The notes under the pieces are model-generated. The model did no database searches and was not told where the DNA came from. It saw only the letters and a list, made by a program, of their open reading frames with translations. From assembly GCA_001179505.1 (NCBI GenBank), contig CDMY01000668.1:1-33789 (forward strand): a DNA stretch of 33,789 bases. Reading direction: 5' to 3'. This DNA is from Vitrella brassicaformis CCMP3155 (lineage: Eukaryota; Protista; Chromerida). How positions within the stretch are numbered: the first letter of the stretch is position 1; each line of letters starts with the position of its first letter. The translations under genes and the position numbers were made by a program. Shown here piece after piece: positions 31,046-33,789 of this stretch.

Positions 31046-33352
31046 TCACCTGGCTGCCTCTGTCTGGCGCACGGAAGTATCCCCCCTCCCTCGCTCCCTC
31101 CGGTTGCTCTTCCCTCTCTCGGTGGCCACCCCGGTCAGTCGGTGCCCCAGGCCAAATCTGTCACTCAGCGGTGAGGCTGCAGCTGTCTGAGTCGTGCTGG
31201 CGGTTGGGAGGGGGGCGGTGGTCTGGGGAGCCATTACGGCCTTCGCCATCAGCTCGGGGTAAAGAGGGAAACTGAGGTCGGCTGGCGATGCTGTGGACGA
31301 CTCAGCCAGAGCATTGCGGGATGGTGAAGTCGCTTGGTCGTCACGGGGCGAGCAGAGACCTGCTGACGGCAACAGACACACACACACAGTCGGACAGACT
31401 GACAGACAGACAGACAAATGGATCACGATGCACGCGCTCCTTGTCTCGCCTATTACCGGCCTCTCCCTTGTTTCTGAATGTGTAATGCTGTCGCTCCATC
31501 TCCCGCCTGTGTGCGATGGCGGCCTTCTTGGCGCCCTCGTAGCCATGCCGCCTCACCGAGAATGCCTTTTTCTTCTCGATGCCGCTTTCACGCCAGCTGG
31601 CCTGCCATAAGTTGTTGCACTTGTTGAAGCTGACGCCTTTGACGCCGCTTTGATGCTCCGGGTCAAACCGCCTTCTCACCACCGCCCGTCCGGTGAGCTC
31701 CATCGTACGACGGTGCTGCTCGGCCAACGCCTGCACAACACACACACACACACACACGAGAGACCTACAGAGACGGAGAGATTGGGGTGATAAACGGCGC
31801 CACGCGCACCTTGGCCTTGTCGAAGCCATGTTTACTAGCGCTGAAGAACTTGTGTTTCCGCCTCTTGTCGCCCTTCTCGTACCATGAGGCTGCCCACGAT
31901 CGGCTCAACGCCTGCCAACAGGCCCCTGGTACGTCCGACGTGTGCTCGGGGACACGCTTGGTGACGACCGTCTTGTTCGTCTCGCACATTGGTCGTCCTT
32001 TATGGTGCGAGTCATTTTGTGGTAGCTCTGTGCGCTGCCTCTTCGGAGAGCGGCTGCCGTCCAGCGATGGGTCTCGGCCATTGCAGGGGTTGACAGGGGG
32101 GCTGCTTGGCAGATGGCGCTTCGGAGGATCAGCCAATCCTGAATGGCACACAGGCGGACAGCCGAGACGATGGGTGAAGTGGTGCATCCTGGCTGAGCCA
32201 TCTGGGTGTCCATTACCCTGGTCCTGGACATCACGCCGGTCAGACGCTACACACACATCTGATCAGCAGACACACAGGCAGGTCAATCATGCCCTTCCTT
32301 GCCCTGTGTTCTCTCCTCTAACCCGTCGGCCTCCACCGAATGGCTCTCGTCTGCTGGCCGGCCACCGTCAGTGTGGCGATCTCATACAGACCGCCACTAT
32401 GAGGATCAGTCGCACGCACACCCTCCAGCAGCTTCGTCAGCATGATGTCCTCCTCCACCCTGCGGGCGCCTTCGATGTCAGCGGCCGACGTTGCGGCTGG
32501 CTGCCCACCAGCCCTGGTCTCATGAGGCCCCGTGCCGCCGTCTGTTGTGTCGGTCTCCTCCTGGGGGCCGCTGTGGTCATCCACAGCGCCCTGACGATGG
32601 CGCTCGGCAGGAGGGATCGCCATGAGACTGCCACGCTGCTCGTCGTAGTAGTAGTGCAATCGCTCCATCTCCCGCCTGTGTGCGATGGCCGCCATCTTGG
32701 CGCCCTCGAAGCCATGCCGCCTCACCGAGAATGATTTTCCTTTGTGGATACCGCTCTCCTGCCAGTTGGCCTGCCATGCGTTGTTTACCTTGTGGAAGCT
32801 GACGCCTGTGACACCGCTTTGATGCTCCGACAGCGGTCCCGTGGGGACGGTCGCGGGGCGACTGCCGATGGCAATCGGGCGGTAAGCTGCTATCCCGCCG
32901 CCAGGTGAAGGCCAAGGCGACACCACCACGTCCATCGCCCGTCGATGTGCGGTGGCGGCGGTCAGCGGCATCGATGGGTACTGTGGTGCGACGCCATAGC
33001 CAGGGACGCCAGCAGGATAACAAAGGGCCGGGAGGCTGGGAGGCCGCAAGGGGATGTGGGATGCAGGATGGCCTACCCCAACAGGGCCGCTCACACCTAC
33101 TCGTGTGGCCGACACCGATAGCGGATGACAGCCGGGTGTGAGTGGCGATGAGTGCCCATAGTGGCCCATCATGCCGCCTTGGAAAGGGCCCAGAGAGAAG
33201 GGCTGCTGCTGATCAACAGTGGCCGCTCCATCAGCTGCGCCGCCACGATGAATGCCCGATGCTGGTGCTGTCGCCGGGAGAGAGGGAGCATATGGGGCTG
33301 CAAAGGGGGAAGCCGCAGCACGGCGTGCAGGCACCAAGTCAGCTTGACTCAT
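31046..33352 (-). CDS. ApiAP2-type protein with three AP2 domains, paralog of the 11400-14489 gene
   Basis: EHQSGVTGVSFHKVNNAWQANWQE..FSVRRHGFEGAKMAAIAHRR; EHTSDVPGACWQALSRSWAASWYE..FSASKHGFDKAK|ALAEQHRR; EHQSGVKGVSFNKCNNLWQASWRE..FSVRRHGYEGAKKAAIAHRR. Introns after RWRPTG and after AK sit at positions shared with the other AP2 gene. Start and final exon are uncertain. Confidence 0.85.
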
Positions 33353-33473
33353 CCAACCAACGAACCATCGTCAAGGGCCGCGGTAGACGCAGCTCATCTG
33401 GATCTTGCTGCAGATAGTCAGGATCTGCCATTGCCGTGATAATGAAGTGGCGGATGTGCCATGAGCACTGGTC

Positions 33474-33635
33474 CTGCCTTTGTCTCCCTTCCATGTGTGC
33501 TGAGCTGATCTCACCATCGAGATCTGGACCTGCCCATCTGCCAATACTCTCTGCTGCAAGCTGCCTGCACCACAGAAGGGTGCTCTGGTTTCGACGGCTG
33601 GAGCGAGCTCGACGCCTGCGAGCTTAGCTCAGAAC
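33474..33635 (-). repeat. Diverged duplicate of the U2AF65-like gene 5' UTR, first exon and start of intron 1
   Basis: Blocks ctgcctttgtctcccttccatgtg, tcgagatctggacctgcccat, ccaatactctctgctgcaagct and ctgcgagctt.gctcagaa match 28682-28880. On the minus strand it reads ATG GGC AGG TCC AGA TCT CGA TG|gtgagatcagc. Confidence 0.85.
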
Positions 33636-33789
33636 CCTCTCCGATGGCCATCTGTCGGTAGATGAGAGTGGCTGTGGAGGATCGCTGTCGTTGCCCGTTA
33701 AGGCAACAGATGAGCCAGAGGGACGGTTCACGAGAAGGAGGGACAGTTCGGAGTGCTCAGGGTTCTCAGCATGCAGTGGCATTACACGG

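Noticed and set aside
1-33789. tRNA, rRNA, transposase or reverse-transcriptase genes
   Set aside because: None recognisable by eye. A covariance-model scan would be needed to exclude small ncRNAs.

Overview
Eukaryotic, GC-rich, intron-dense genomic DNA with short introns (about 55-220 nt) full of AC/GT, AG/CT and GGAT microsatellites. It is most consistent with a chromerid alveolate such as Vitrella brassicaformis; this is an inference from the ApiAP2-type genes, BTB-TLDc paralogs and intron style. The six-frame ORF track is largely misleading here because genes are split, so I spliced them by eye. In order: (-) divergent Ser/Thr kinase with a C-terminal SH3-like domain running off the left edge; (+) coiled-coil/Pro-rich hypothetical protein; degenerate direct repeats; (+) decayed Kelch-repeat gene and a second remnant; (-) tandem-BTB + TLDc copy A (nonsense codon); (+) multi-AP2 gene with an internal duplication and a late frameshift; a 300-N assembly gap; (+) intron-containing, bacterial-type DsrE/DsrF-like gene; (-) small hypothetical; (-) BTB-TLDc copy B (7-nt frameshift deletion); (+) anoctamin/TMEM16; (-) U2AF65-like splicing factor apparently lacking RRM2; (+) signal-peptide protein; (-) second multi-AP2 gene preceded by a duplicated copy of the U2AF65-like 5' end. 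Most interesting: many introns are bracketed by complementary 5' (AC)n and 3' (GT)n tracts and lack a classical polypyrimidine tract, and the same window holds an RRM2-less U2AF65-like gene. The DsrE-like gene is a horizontal-transfer candidate. All family calls come from motif recognition by eye, not database searches.
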